Positions 27,504 to 35,136 of a stretch of 37,825 nt of DNA are shown one piece after another. A model generated the notes under the pieces. That model searched no databases and had not been told where the DNA came from. It saw only the letters and a list, made by a program, of their open reading frames with translations. Position numbers and translations under genes: made by a program. Source of the DNA: an uncultured Christensenellaceae bacterium (GTDB lineage: Bacteria > Bacillota > Clostridia > Christensenellales > CAG-138). The stretch lies in the NCBI GenBank assembly GCA_902475645.1, contig CABSAH010000001.1:1-37825 (forward strand). Direction: 5' to 3'. Positions within the stretch are counted from its first letter, which is position 1, and each line of letters opens with the position of its first letter.

Positions 27504-27670
27504 ACAAGGCTGAAAAACAGGTCATAGAGAGCATATACGCCACTTTGGAGCAGACCATGCCCGTAACGGCATATCGGGACGTTGAAGCCAAATGCGGCGT
27601 GTTGCAATCGCTCAAACGGCTATATAACGGCGAGTTTGAGGACAAAGCGGAAAAGGAGAACGAAGCATGA
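27500..27670 (+). CDS. Small hypothetical protein (56 aa)
   Basis: ATGA overlaps at both ends. Hand translation MNKAEKQVIESIYATLEQTMPVTAYRDVEAKCGVLQSLKRLYNGEFEDKAEKENEA. Confidence 0.4.
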   Translation: MNKAEKQVIESIYATLEQTMPVTAYRDVEAKCGVLQSLKRLYNGEFEDKAEKENEA

Positions 27671-28599
27671 CCTACAACATCACCTTGACCGCCAACCACC
27701 AGACCCTGACCGCCGAGTATATCCCCCTTGCGGCGAATTCGGTGCAGTACCTTACCGTGAAGGTGGTATGCGAAACCGAGGACTGGACGGGGCTTGCCGT
27801 CAATGCCATTTTCACACAGGGCTGCATAAGGCGCGGCTTTGCGGTGGTGAATGGCGAGATAACGGCAAAACAGCAGCTTAACCTTTCTGCGGGCGACTGG
27901 TGCGTATCTTTGGCGGGATACGGAGAGCGGGACGGCGCTATAATCCCGCTCATTACCACCAACACCGCGCACATAAGCGTAATGCCGACGAATGACACGG
28001 AGGGCTTCCCCATGATACCGCCCACAGCCGAGGAAGAACTCCGCGCGGAAATAGGCAACCTCGCTGACCTCTCCACAGAGGACAAAAGCAATCTTGTGGC
28101 GGCGGTAAACGAGCTGGAGCGGACACGGGCTAAGGAGAACGAGGTTGTCAAGCACACTCCCCAAGCCCTTACGGAAGCACAGCAGGAACAAGCGCGAACA
28201 AACATCAGCGCCGAAAAGGCGGGGACAGGCTACACAAAAGAAGCCGTAGACGCGGCTATTAAAGATGTGACCGATGCCCAGACCGAGGGCTTTACAATAG
28301 TAGGGCAAGAGCTGAGCAACGTTAAAAGCGATATCCAAAAGAAATACACCAAGCCCGCATCCGGCATACCCAAGGCCGACCTTGCGGTAGATGTGCAAGA
28401 AAGCCTTTCCCGCGCGGACAAAGCCTTGCAGAGCGTCCCCGACACATACCGCACGGCGGCGGAGCAGGACAAGCTGGACGAGAAAAAGCAGCCCAAAGCC
28501 ATTGCGGACGCGGGCGGGCATTTTGGCGCGAACCCCACCGTGGAAAGCGCCTTACAGCAGCTGGGCGGGGCAATCGTTTTGCGCACATGGACTAAGTAA
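27667..28599 (+). CDS. Tail-fibre-module structural protein (310 aa)
   Basis: Lies between the tail tip protein and the receptor-binding fibre. Has a helical, coiled-coil-like C-terminal half. Confidence 0.6.
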   Translation: MTYNITLTANHQTLTAEYIPLAANSVQYLTVKVVCETEDWTGLAVNAIFTQGCIRRGFAVVNGEITAKQQLNLSAGDWCVSLAGYGERDGAIIPLITTNTAHISVMPTNDTEGFPMIPPTAEEELRAEIGNLADLSTEDKSNLVAAVNELERTRAKENEVVKHTPQALTEAQQEQARTNISAEKAGTGYTKEAVDAAIKDVTDAQTEGFTIVGQELSNVKSDIQKKYTKPASGIPKADLAVDVQESLSRADKALQSVPDTYRTAAEQDKLDEKKQPKAIADAGGHFGANPTVESALQQLGGAIVLRTWTK

Positions 28600-28609
28600 G
28601 AGGTGAAAA

Positions 28610-30175
28610 ATGGCTCAATCAACAGATAAAACATTAAAACAGCTTATAATCAACAAAATGCCGCGAAGCGTGTACAAAGCGAAGGACGCGGCCGGGGAGC
28701 TTGACCCCGAACAGGTGTATCTCCCCGATTCGGCATACGATGACAGCCTCGGCATAACCTCCGCTACCCCCGGTCAAATCGTAAAGGTCAAGACCGTGCA
28801 GGACGGCAAGCCGACCGAGTGGGAAGCGGTGAACGATTACCCCGCAGTGCAAACCCGCTATGGGGTGCGCTTTACCGGAAGCCCCCCGGAGGGGGAGCGC
28901 CTGTATGGTGCCGTGGGGCTAAAGGCAAACGTGGGCGTGGGCGCAGAGCTTGTCGAGAATGATTTTGACTACATCATGCCGTGGGCGGGTATGAAACGCT
29001 GTAATACAAAGCTTGTTAACGGGGAGCGCGTGCCGACATTTTACGAGGGTGAACCGGGCTTTTCAAACACGGCGGCAGACGTTTTTGTGCAAGTGCCACG
29101 CTTTTATTATTTTAGGAGCGATGATGATGCGGAGCATGTCGTTTCGATGTACCCCCTTGCGGGATACCGCCCTCCCGAAAAATTTCGCCGTGCCGATGGG
29201 ACGCTGCGAGACTATGTTTTCCTCCCCGCGTATACGTCAGCGCTGGTGGACGGCGTTCCGGTGAGCCGTAGCGGGCTTTATGCGTATATGGCGTCTTTGA
29301 ATGGCTGGATGAAGCTGCTCTCCGATATGCACGCCGCCGGAAAGCTTGATTCGGATATATGGATTGAAGGCACAAAGGACGAGGACATCGTGCGCATTTT
29401 GTGCGACATCGAATTTGCGACGCGCGACCACCAGACCAAAATGATGGGCGCTTGCCTAATGAGATATGCCGACGACACTGTAGTAGAGGGAGGTGTAAAT
29501 CAATTTACCTTATCGCCGGAAATAGCTGCAAAATATGTCATAGGTCAGGCGATTGCCATTGGCACGGCTGATAAAGGTCAGCAGATTGCAATGAACGCCA
29601 CAATTACGAGCATAGACGCCGGCGTCATTACTTTCGAGCCTTCGGACGCTGATGTGACGGTAGAAGCGGGGCATTTCGTTTCTTCAATGCCGTGGAAATC
29701 AGGAGCTTGCGACGGTGTTAAGGCTTCGTCCGGCTCACCCATTTCAAATTCAAACGGCATATATCCGTGTAAATACAGGGGCATTGAAAACCCGTGGGGC
29801 AACCAATTCCGTTGGCGCTGGGACGTTCTTGTGAATGACTATGTGCCTTCGGTCTTACTCGACCCCACGAAATATGCGGATGGTAGGCTGACAGAGGACT
29901 ATCACGCGCTTGCTTACACTATACCCACAACGGCCGGTTATGCAAAAGAAATGGGCTATGACCCAGAATTTCCGTTTGTCCGCATAACAAAAGAGCTGGG
30001 TGGCACATGGAACTCGTTTTTCGCGGATTATAATTGGGTCAACGCTGGCTTGCGGGCGCTTCTTGTCGGGGGTGGCGTGAACGGCGGTCGTGGCGCTGGG
30101 TTGCGGTACTGCAGCGTGGCTGGCGCGCCGTCTAGCGCGAACTGGAGCATCGGCGCGGCTCTTTCTCCCGCGTAA
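28610..30175 (+). CDS. Tail fibre / receptor-binding protein, the DGR target protein with a C-terminal variable region
   Basis: 521 aa. The N-terminus KQLIINKMPRSVYKAKDAAGELDPEQVYLPDS is typical of fibre anchors. The last ~40 codons are the VR copy of a VR/TR pair, with a lectin-like ...GGGVNGGRGAGLRYCSVAGAPSSANWSIGAALS end. Confidence 0.85.
   Translation: MAQSTDKTLKQLIINKMPRSVYKAKDAAGELDPEQVYLPDSAYDDSLGITSATPGQIVKVKTVQDGKPTEWEAVNDYPAVQTRYGVRFTGSPPEGERLYGAVGLKANVGVGAELVENDFDYIMPWAGMKRCNTKLVNGERVPTFYEGEPGFSNTAADVFVQVPRFYYFRSDDDAEHVVSMYPLAGYRPPEKFRRADGTLRDYVFLPAYTSALVDGVPVSRSGLYAYMASLNGWMKLLSDMHAAGKLDSDIWIEGTKDEDIVRILCDIEFATRDHQTKMMGACLMRYADDTVVEGGVNQFTLSPEIAAKYVIGQAIAIGTADKGQQIAMNATITSIDAGVITFEPSDADVTVEAGHFVSSMPWKSGACDGVKASSGSPISNSNGIYPCKYRGIENPWGNQFRWRWDVLVNDYVPSVLLDPTKYADGRLTEDYHALAYTIPTTAGYAKEMGYDPEFPFVRITKELGGTWNSFFADYNWVNAGLRALLVGGGVNGGRGAGLRYCSVAGAPSSANWSIGAALSPA
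30048..30166 (+). repeat. DGR variable repeat (VR)
   Basis: Gap-free 119-nt alignment to 30255-30373 at an offset of 207 nt. There are 16 mismatches, all opposite adenines in the other copy. Confidence 0.9.
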
Positions 30176-30214
30176 GCGGGAACTGGTAAGGGGGTACGGG
30201 GGCGAAAGCCCCCG
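30167..30214 (+). promoter_or_regulatory. Two GNRA-loop hairpins directly 3' of VR (candidate DGR target-recognition element)
   Basis: CCCGC-GTAA-GCGGG at 30167-30180, where the loop contains the target stop codon. CGGGGGC-GAAA-GCCCCCG at 30197-30214. Confidence 0.55.
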
Positions 30215-30254
30215 ATTCTTATAGATTCGGATTGGACGCGGGGCGTCGGTGGGT

Positions 30255-30373
30255 GCTTGCGGGCGCTTCATGTCGGAGGTAACGTGAACAACGGTCGTAA
30301 CGCTGGGTTGCGGTACTGCAACGTGAATAACGCGCCGTCTAACGCGAACTGGAACATCGGCGCGGCACTTTCT
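30255..30373 (+). repeat. DGR template repeat (TR), non-coding template RNA
   Basis: Rich in AAC/AAT codons. 16 of its 25 adenines differ in VR, and no other base differs. Lies between the target gene and the RT. Confidence 0.9.
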
Positions 30374-30514
30374 TGGTTTTGTTGGATTTCGCGTCCTCTC
30401 CCGTGCCACAGCGCCCGTAGGGGCGGCGGGCAAAAGCCCGTGCAGAAATAGACCGTTCCAGACGGGGTTAGTAACGCAAGTGAAACCCCTGTAGGTCAAA
30501 AGAAAGATGATTGG

Positions 30515-31612
30515 ATGAAACGTTATAAGGGTAAAGACATGACCGACCGTGACTTGATTCGGTTGGCTATAATGAACGCCGCAAAGCGAAAGAAAAACCG
30601 CGCCGAAGTGAAGCGGGTGCTTGCGGATATCGAAAGCCACATTACCATAATTCAACATATAATCGTTGAAGAAACGTATAAGCCCGCACCATACAGAGTT
30701 TTTGAAGTAGTTGACGGCGTAAGCGGGAAACGCCGCACCGTGAGCTGTTCGAGATTCTTTCCAGACCAAGTGCTTCATTGGCTGGTGATTCTGTCCGCGC
30801 AAGACATTTTTATGCACGGGATGTACGAATTTGTGTGTGGGAGCGTCCCGAATCGCGGCATTCATTACGGACGAAAGTATGTCAAGAAATGGATAGAAAC
30901 AGACCGGAAAAATATAAAATACTGTGCAAAGCTGGATATAACCAAATTTTACCCATCGATAAGCCATGATGCTTTGAAAGCATCCTTACAGCGAAAAATC
31001 AAAGACCGCAAATTGCTGTGGCTGTTTGACGTGATTATTGACAGCACGGAAAGCGGGTTGCCGATTGGGAATTATACATCACAGTGGCTTGCAAATTTCC
31101 TTCTCCAAGATTTAGACCATAGAATCAAAGAAGAAATGCATATCGCGCATTATATGAGGTACATGGATGATATGGTTTTGCTTGGTGCTAACAAGAAAAG
31201 GTTGCACGCGGCAATAAACGAAATTGCGGCGGCACTTGCACCTTTGGGCTTGACGCTGAACAAAAATTGGCAAGTTTTTCGCGTTGATTATATTGACAGA
31301 AACGGCAAGCGCCGTGGGCGTGATATTGATTTTATGGGATTCCGATTTTTCCGCAATAAAATCATAATGCGAAAAAGGATATCGCTTCGGGCACGGCGGC
31401 TGGCGGCGCGTATATCAAAGTCAGAATGTGTCACCTTTAAGCAAGCTGCGGCTATACTTTCGTATATGGGATGGCTTAAGTATTCTGATTCTTTTGGATT
31501 TTATGAAAAGCACATAAAACCAAAAATCAATATATCAAAGTTAAAGGAGGTAGTAAGGAGTGAAAACAGAAAGCGCAAGCAGGCAACCGAAGTATATACT
31601 CGAACCGCTTGA
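30515..31612 (+). CDS. DGR reverse transcriptase
   Basis: RT motifs AKLDITKFYPSI, LPIGNYTSQWLANFLL (the [LIV]GxxxSQ DGR signature), YMRYMDDMVLLG (YxDD) and DFMGFRF. 365 aa. Visibly more AT-rich than its neighbours. Confidence 0.9.
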   Translation: MKRYKGKDMTDRDLIRLAIMNAAKRKKNRAEVKRVLADIESHITIIQHIIVEETYKPAPYRVFEVVDGVSGKRRTVSCSRFFPDQVLHWLVILSAQDIFMHGMYEFVCGSVPNRGIHYGRKYVKKWIETDRKNIKYCAKLDITKFYPSISHDALKASLQRKIKDRKLLWLFDVIIDSTESGLPIGNYTSQWLANFLLQDLDHRIKEEMHIAHYMRYMDDMVLLGANKKRLHAAINEIAAALAPLGLTLNKNWQVFRVDYIDRNGKRRGRDIDFMGFRFFRNKIIMRKRISLRARRLAARISKSECVTFKQAAAILSYMGWLKYSDSFGFYEKHIKPKINISKLKEVVRSENRKRKQATEVYTRTA

Positions 31613-32051
31613 TTTTGGGCGGGTTCGCGTGACACTTTTTGCCAACGAAAAAACGATTGAGCAGGAAGACGGCACACATTACCTGTATGACGTCTACTCG
31701 ACAGTAACGCTGAATCGCCCGTCACTGGGGCAGTACATCTCAGGGAATCTTGATGAGTGGATAGCGGCCTATGAGGAAGCAGAGATAGAGGAAGTAGCCG
31801 CTGCCGCCCGCCGTGCCCGTGACCGTTTGCTTGCTGAATCGGATAAGACGATGGTGCTTGACAGGATGGGGCTTAACATCCCCGAAAACATAACCGCTAC
31901 AACGCTGCTCCCTGCCGCTCAGGGGCTTTTCCGTGCGCTGCGTGCAGCTTGCAGCGGCGAGTGGGCTGCGTATAGACAGGCTTTAAGGGATATCCCAGAG
32001 CAAGCGGGTTTCCCGTATGAGATTGATTGGCCTAAAAAGCCGGAAATATAA
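31560..32051 (+). CDS. Tail fibre assembly chaperone-like protein
   Basis: GTG start 9 nt after AAAGGAGG. ARDRLLAESDKTMVLDR...WAAYRQALRDIPEQAGFPYEIDWPKKP matches the phage tail assembly chaperone C-terminal pattern. Overlaps the RT 3' end by 53 nt. Confidence 0.6.
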   Translation: MKTESASRQPKYILEPLDFGRVRVTLFANEKTIEQEDGTHYLYDVYSTVTLNRPSLGQYISGNLDEWIAAYEEAEIEEVAAAARRARDRLLAESDKTMVLDRMGLNIPENITATTLLPAAQGLFRALRAACSGEWAAYRQALRDIPEQAGFPYEIDWPKKPEI

Positions 32052-32067
32052 GGAGGTCTAAAAAGTA

Positions 32068-32805
32068 ATGAAGAAGTATTTTGCTATGATGCTTGCCGTT
32101 GTGCTGCTGTGCATATGCACGGGCGCAATGGCGATGGGCTGGGGGCGCACGGATGCGCCTGCACCCGACTATACCGCGACCGTGACCAAGCTCGACAGAG
32201 TGACCACCACGGGCGGGCTTGCGTACACCCCCGCGCCGGGCAAAACCGCTGCCGTGGGTACGGTGGTATACTTTACCGCAAAGGTGACGGACGCGGACGG
32301 GAACCCCGTGGCGGGTGAGCTGAGACTTACAGACCTTGAAAGGCTGTATATGGACGGCGAGGTAACGGCAGCGATTGTGACGGGCACTGCTCCGTGCGCA
32401 AAGATAGTATATGAGCACAAGACCCCGCTTGCGGAGCTGACCTACGGCGGCAAGCCCGTGACCATAGTCGGGGATACCGTGACTATCGGTAGCCTGACCT
32501 TCACGCGCAAAAACGGCCTTGCGGTGGATGTATCCACGGCTGGCAGCCTTGGCGAGCTGACAAAGGAGCTGGCCGCACTGGGTATGACACTTGATGATAT
32601 CTATGCGGGCAGAGTATACATGGACGATGCCGCGCTTGTGGCGAACCTCGGCCGAAATGTACGGGCTGAGGGTGTGGCAAGGTGGTACGATAAAAAGCCC
32701 GCCGTGCCTGACCTTCCGCAGACAGGCTCCGCGCCCATGTATATAGGCTACATAATGATTCTTGCCGCGCTTGGCGTGGGGGTGCGTGTATGGGCGAAAA
32801 GGTGA
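32068..32805 (+). CDS. Secreted LPXTG-type sortase-anchored surface protein
   Basis: Signal peptide MKKYFAMMLAVVLLCICTGAMA. C-terminal LPQTG followed by the hydrophobic stretch APMYIGYIMILAALGVGV and a basic tail RVWAKR. Confidence 0.75.
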   Translation: MKKYFAMMLAVVLLCICTGAMAMGWGRTDAPAPDYTATVTKLDRVTTTGGLAYTPAPGKTAAVGTVVYFTAKVTDADGNPVAGELRLTDLERLYMDGEVTAAIVTGTAPCAKIVYEHKTPLAELTYGGKPVTIVGDTVTIGSLTFTRKNGLAVDVSTAGSLGELTKELAALGMTLDDIYAGRVYMDDAALVANLGRNVRAEGVARWYDKKPAVPDLPQTGSAPMYIGYIMILAALGVGVRVWAKR

Positions 32806-33467
32806 AGGAATTTTTGGCTTACCTCGAAAGCCACGTCGGGGACGCTTACGTCTGGGGCGCACAGGGCGAAAGGGTAGACAACCGCGCCGACCTTGAAAAA
32901 TGGGTACGGCGCAAAGAAACTTCACGCCGCGAAGCCGACCGCGCCCTTGCATACATCAAAAAAGCCACCAAAACGCCGCTGTACGCCTTTGATTGCAGCG
33001 GCCTTATCACACACTGGCTTCGCGATATAAAAGGGCTTATCGATGGCGATACCAATGCGCAGGGCTTGTATAAGCAATGTGAGCAGCGAGGCAAGCTGGG
33101 CGCATGGAGAATGGAGCCCGGCGGCCTTGTGTTCCGGTACAGCGCCGCAAAAGCCAAGATGGGGCATGTAGGCGTGTATATCGGTGACGGCATGGTGATA
33201 GAGGCTAAAGGCCGCGATTACGGCGTGGTGAATCTCCACCTGTCTTTCGGCGGCTGGACACACCAAGGCAAACACCCCGCGCTTGCGGAGGATACCGCCC
33301 CGACCGTCTTTAGGCTGACCTCGCCCATGATGCGCGGCGAAAACGTGAAGCTTATGCAGGCCGCATTAACCGCCTGTGGCTACGACTGCGGCAAGGCCGA
33401 TGGAATCTGCGGCAAGGCTACAATGGCGGCTGTAAAGGCCTTTGCAACAGCGCATACGGAGGTATAG
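32790..33467 (+). CDS. Endolysin: NlpC/P60 cysteine peptidase plus a PG_binding_1 domain
   Basis: YVWGAQGE...FDCSGLITHWL...GHVGVYIGDGMVIEA gives the Cys-His core. The C-terminal VKLMQAALTACGYDCGKADGICGKATMAAVKAF is a peptidoglycan-binding repeat. Confidence 0.85.
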   Translation: MGEKVKEFLAYLESHVGDAYVWGAQGERVDNRADLEKWVRRKETSRREADRALAYIKKATKTPLYAFDCSGLITHWLRDIKGLIDGDTNAQGLYKQCEQRGKLGAWRMEPGGLVFRYSAAKAKMGHVGVYIGDGMVIEAKGRDYGVVNLHLSFGGWTHQGKHPALAEDTAPTVFRLTSPMMRGENVKLMQAALTACGYDCGKADGICGKATMAAVKAFATAHTEV

Positions 33468-33468
33468 C

Positions 33469-33783
33469 GTGGAATGGTGGGGATGGTGCGCGTCAATTTT
33501 GGGCGGGGTAGTGCTTATCGCGCAGGGCGTTAAAGCGATAAAGGAAATCATTGCCCCTGCTACATCTATGCGGGAGAAGCTTGACAAAGTGCTTGAGCAT
33601 GATTCAAACGATTTGAAGCGATTTGAGGAAATCAACACAAAATTTGAGCAGCAGGAAGTCACAAACCAGGCCATTATAACTGGTCTTGTGGCGCTGATAA
33701 ATCACGAGATTGACGGAAACGGGATTGACGGGCTGAAAAATGCCCGTGCGGAGCTTTTACAGCACATAATCGAAAGGAGATAA
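33469..33783 (+). CDS. Lysis-module membrane protein (N-terminal TM, coiled C-terminus)
   Basis: GTG start 9 nt after GGAGG. TM segment WWGWCASILGGVVLIAQGV. Lies between the endolysin and the holin. Confidence 0.5.
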   Translation: MEWWGWCASILGGVVLIAQGVKAIKEIIAPATSMREKLDKVLEHDSNDLKRFEEINTKFEQQEVTNQAIITGLVALINHEIDGNGIDGLKNARAELLQHIIERR

Positions 33784-33784
33784 A

Positions 33785-34069
33785 ATGACAATGACTAACG
33801 AATTTTTTACCTGGGCGGTGCTTTTGACCTATGCGGGGGCGACCCTTGCTACCAGCCTTATCACACAGCTTATAAAGGGCTTAGGCTTTATAGACAAGAT
33901 ACCCACCCGCATTACAAGCTATGCAATCGCGCTTGTGGTGCTTATAGCCGCTACCTTTTTCACGGGCGGTCTGACCCTCGAAGCGGGGGCGCTGTGCGTG
34001 ATAAATGCCGTGGTGGTGTCCTTGGCCGCGAATGGCGCGTATGATGCCATAGCCCGCGACCGGAAGTAA
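33785..34069 (+). CDS. Holin
   Basis: 94 aa with 2-3 predicted TM helices (FFTWAVLLTYAGATLATSLI, SYAIALVVLIAATFF, ALCVINAVVVSLAA) and a charged C-terminus. Adjacent to the endolysin. Confidence 0.7.
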   Translation: MTMTNEFFTWAVLLTYAGATLATSLITQLIKGLGFIDKIPTRITSYAIALVVLIAATFFTGGLTLEAGALCVINAVVVSLAANGAYDAIARDRK

Positions 34070-34135
34070 GCTTGCCGCCGCCCCTCTGCGACAAAAAGGC
34101 CGGAGGTGATAGGCCGATGAGAAGCCGGCCTGCGT

Positions 34136-34372
34136 GTGGACAAAAAGACCTTGCAGACCCTTTCCCGCGCGGAATGGGAAGGGATTATCTATCAGCGGAT
34201 TTTTAGTGAGCGCGACCGCTGGCTTGTGGCGCGTCACCTGCTGGATGGTGTGCCTTATGACAGGCTTACAGCGGAGTACCAGGCGCGATATACAGATGCG
34301 CCGCTGGAGTATGACCAAATCCGCCGCCGATATAGGGCAGCGGAAAAGACAATAATAAAATATGCCCCCTGA
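34136..34372 (+). CDS. Small sigma-region-4-like HTH protein (78 aa)
   Basis: GTG start with a weak RBS. IFSERDRWLVARHLLDGVPYDRLTAEY resembles a region-4 HTH. This is the last + strand gene before a strong terminator. Confidence 0.5.
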   Translation: MDKKTLQTLSRAEWEGIIYQRIFSERDRWLVARHLLDGVPYDRLTAEYQARYTDAPLEYDQIRRRYRAAEKTIIKYAP

Positions 34373-34393
34373 TGGGGGCTTTTTTGCTTTTTT
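34364..34393 (+). terminator. Rho-independent terminator ending the late operon
   Basis: GCCCCC-TGAT-GGGGGC followed by TTTTTTGCTTTTTT. The stop codon sits in the loop. Confidence 0.75.
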
Positions 34394-34463
34394 GGGATTT
34401 AGTAAATCTCAACACCCAGCTTGGCGGCGGCGGCCTTCATAAGGCGCATTCATCAGCAATTTT

Positions 34464-35033
34464 TTATGCCTCGTCAATTCTGCGCGCCGCCTCAGCTCCA
34501 AGGCGGTCTTTATAGTCCTCATAGCCCCAGTATACTTCATATGGGAATTCACTCCGCTCAAATATAACAGCTTCAGGATGCCTTTCCCGATATCTCGATG
34601 TAGGGCTGGTATTGCTGGGGAATATCCAACCTGGGTTACAGTACCATTCCTCAACCGCCGCATAATAATGGAACCGGAAGTCGGGTTCTACCACATCATC
34701 CTCCTCTCGCTCTAAGACATAATATGTTTTACAAAAAACAGCATGGCACGCGATTAACTCATTGCACTCCATTATTTCTTCAAAGCAGCGTGCATTGGCA
34801 TCTTTACGAAAAGCCACACGAGAGTCAAACTTTATTTTATCGCAATGAGTATGTAGCCCGCAAGCACCTATGTAGTCAGCAGTGCATGTGCGTGGATATA
34901 ACCGCTCAAATTCCGGCAATACATCAATTGGTTTCCACCCTGCCGGAATCTGTTTAACGTCGGTTATAAAGGGTACGTCAGTAGGGCATTCTTCAACTGT
35001 GAGATACACACCAAGGTCATAATATCGTTCCAT
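34464..35033 (-). CDS. Hypothetical Cys/His-rich acidic protein (189 aa), cargo gene 1
   Basis: RBS AAGGAG 7 nt upstream. Driven by consensus promoter copy A. I recognise no family. Confidence 0.65.
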   Translation of the reverse strand: MERYYDLGVYLTVEECPTDVPFITDVKQIPAGWKPIDVLPEFERLYPRTCTADYIGACGLHTHCDKIKFDSRVAFRKDANARCFEEIMECNELIACHAVFCKTYYVLEREEDDVVEPDFRFHYYAAVEEWYCNPGWIFPSNTSPTSRYRERHPEAVIFERSEFPYEVYWGYEDYKDRLGAEAARRIDEA

Positions 35034-35079
35034 TTTCTAACTCCTTTCGGGGTTTTACCCCTTGCTTTATCATGGCTCT

Positions 35080-35108
35080 ATTATATACTATTCCGGAATA
35101 GATGTCAA
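35080..35108 (-). promoter_or_regulatory. Consensus promoter copy A: TTGACA-N17-TATAAT with the palindrome CTATTCCGGAATAG in the spacer
   Basis: On the minus strand, -35 is at 35108-35103 and -10 at 35085-35080. The operator-like palindrome is at 35088-35101. An AT-rich 10-bp-stem palindrome lies at 35112-35135 just upstream. Confidence 0.7.
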
Positions 35109-35136
35109 TAGTTTTTCTAAACTTTTTTAGAAAAAA

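Larger units (their letters stand above)
30048..31612 (+). mobile_element. Diversity-generating retroelement cassette (VR, hairpins, TR, spacer, RT)
   Basis: Combination of the VR/TR pair, adenine-only mismatches, and an adjacent DGR-type RT. Confidence 0.85.

Noticed and set aside
27496-28521. 341-aa minus-strand ORF. Similar long antisense ORFs occur at 32032-32952, 16070-16873, 23609-24361, 3021-3683 and 18918-19547.
   Set aside because: All lie antisense to well-supported structural or recombination genes. They have Arg/Cys/His/Leu-rich, low-complexity translations and break the tight + strand operon structure. They are judged to be shadow ORFs.
30257-30451. 64-aa + strand ORF (MRALHVGGNVNNGRNAGLRYCNVNN...) listed in the ORF track
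   Set aside because: It is the template repeat of the DGR read in the same frame as VR. It has no RBS, and it is open only because it copies the end of the fibre gene. It is treated as non-coding TR RNA.
29855-30967. 370-aa minus-strand ORF spanning the VR, TR and the RT start
   Set aside because: It is antisense to three independently supported + strand elements. Its R/P/H/C-rich composition is odd and typical of shadow ORFs in GC-rich DNA, and it has no RBS.
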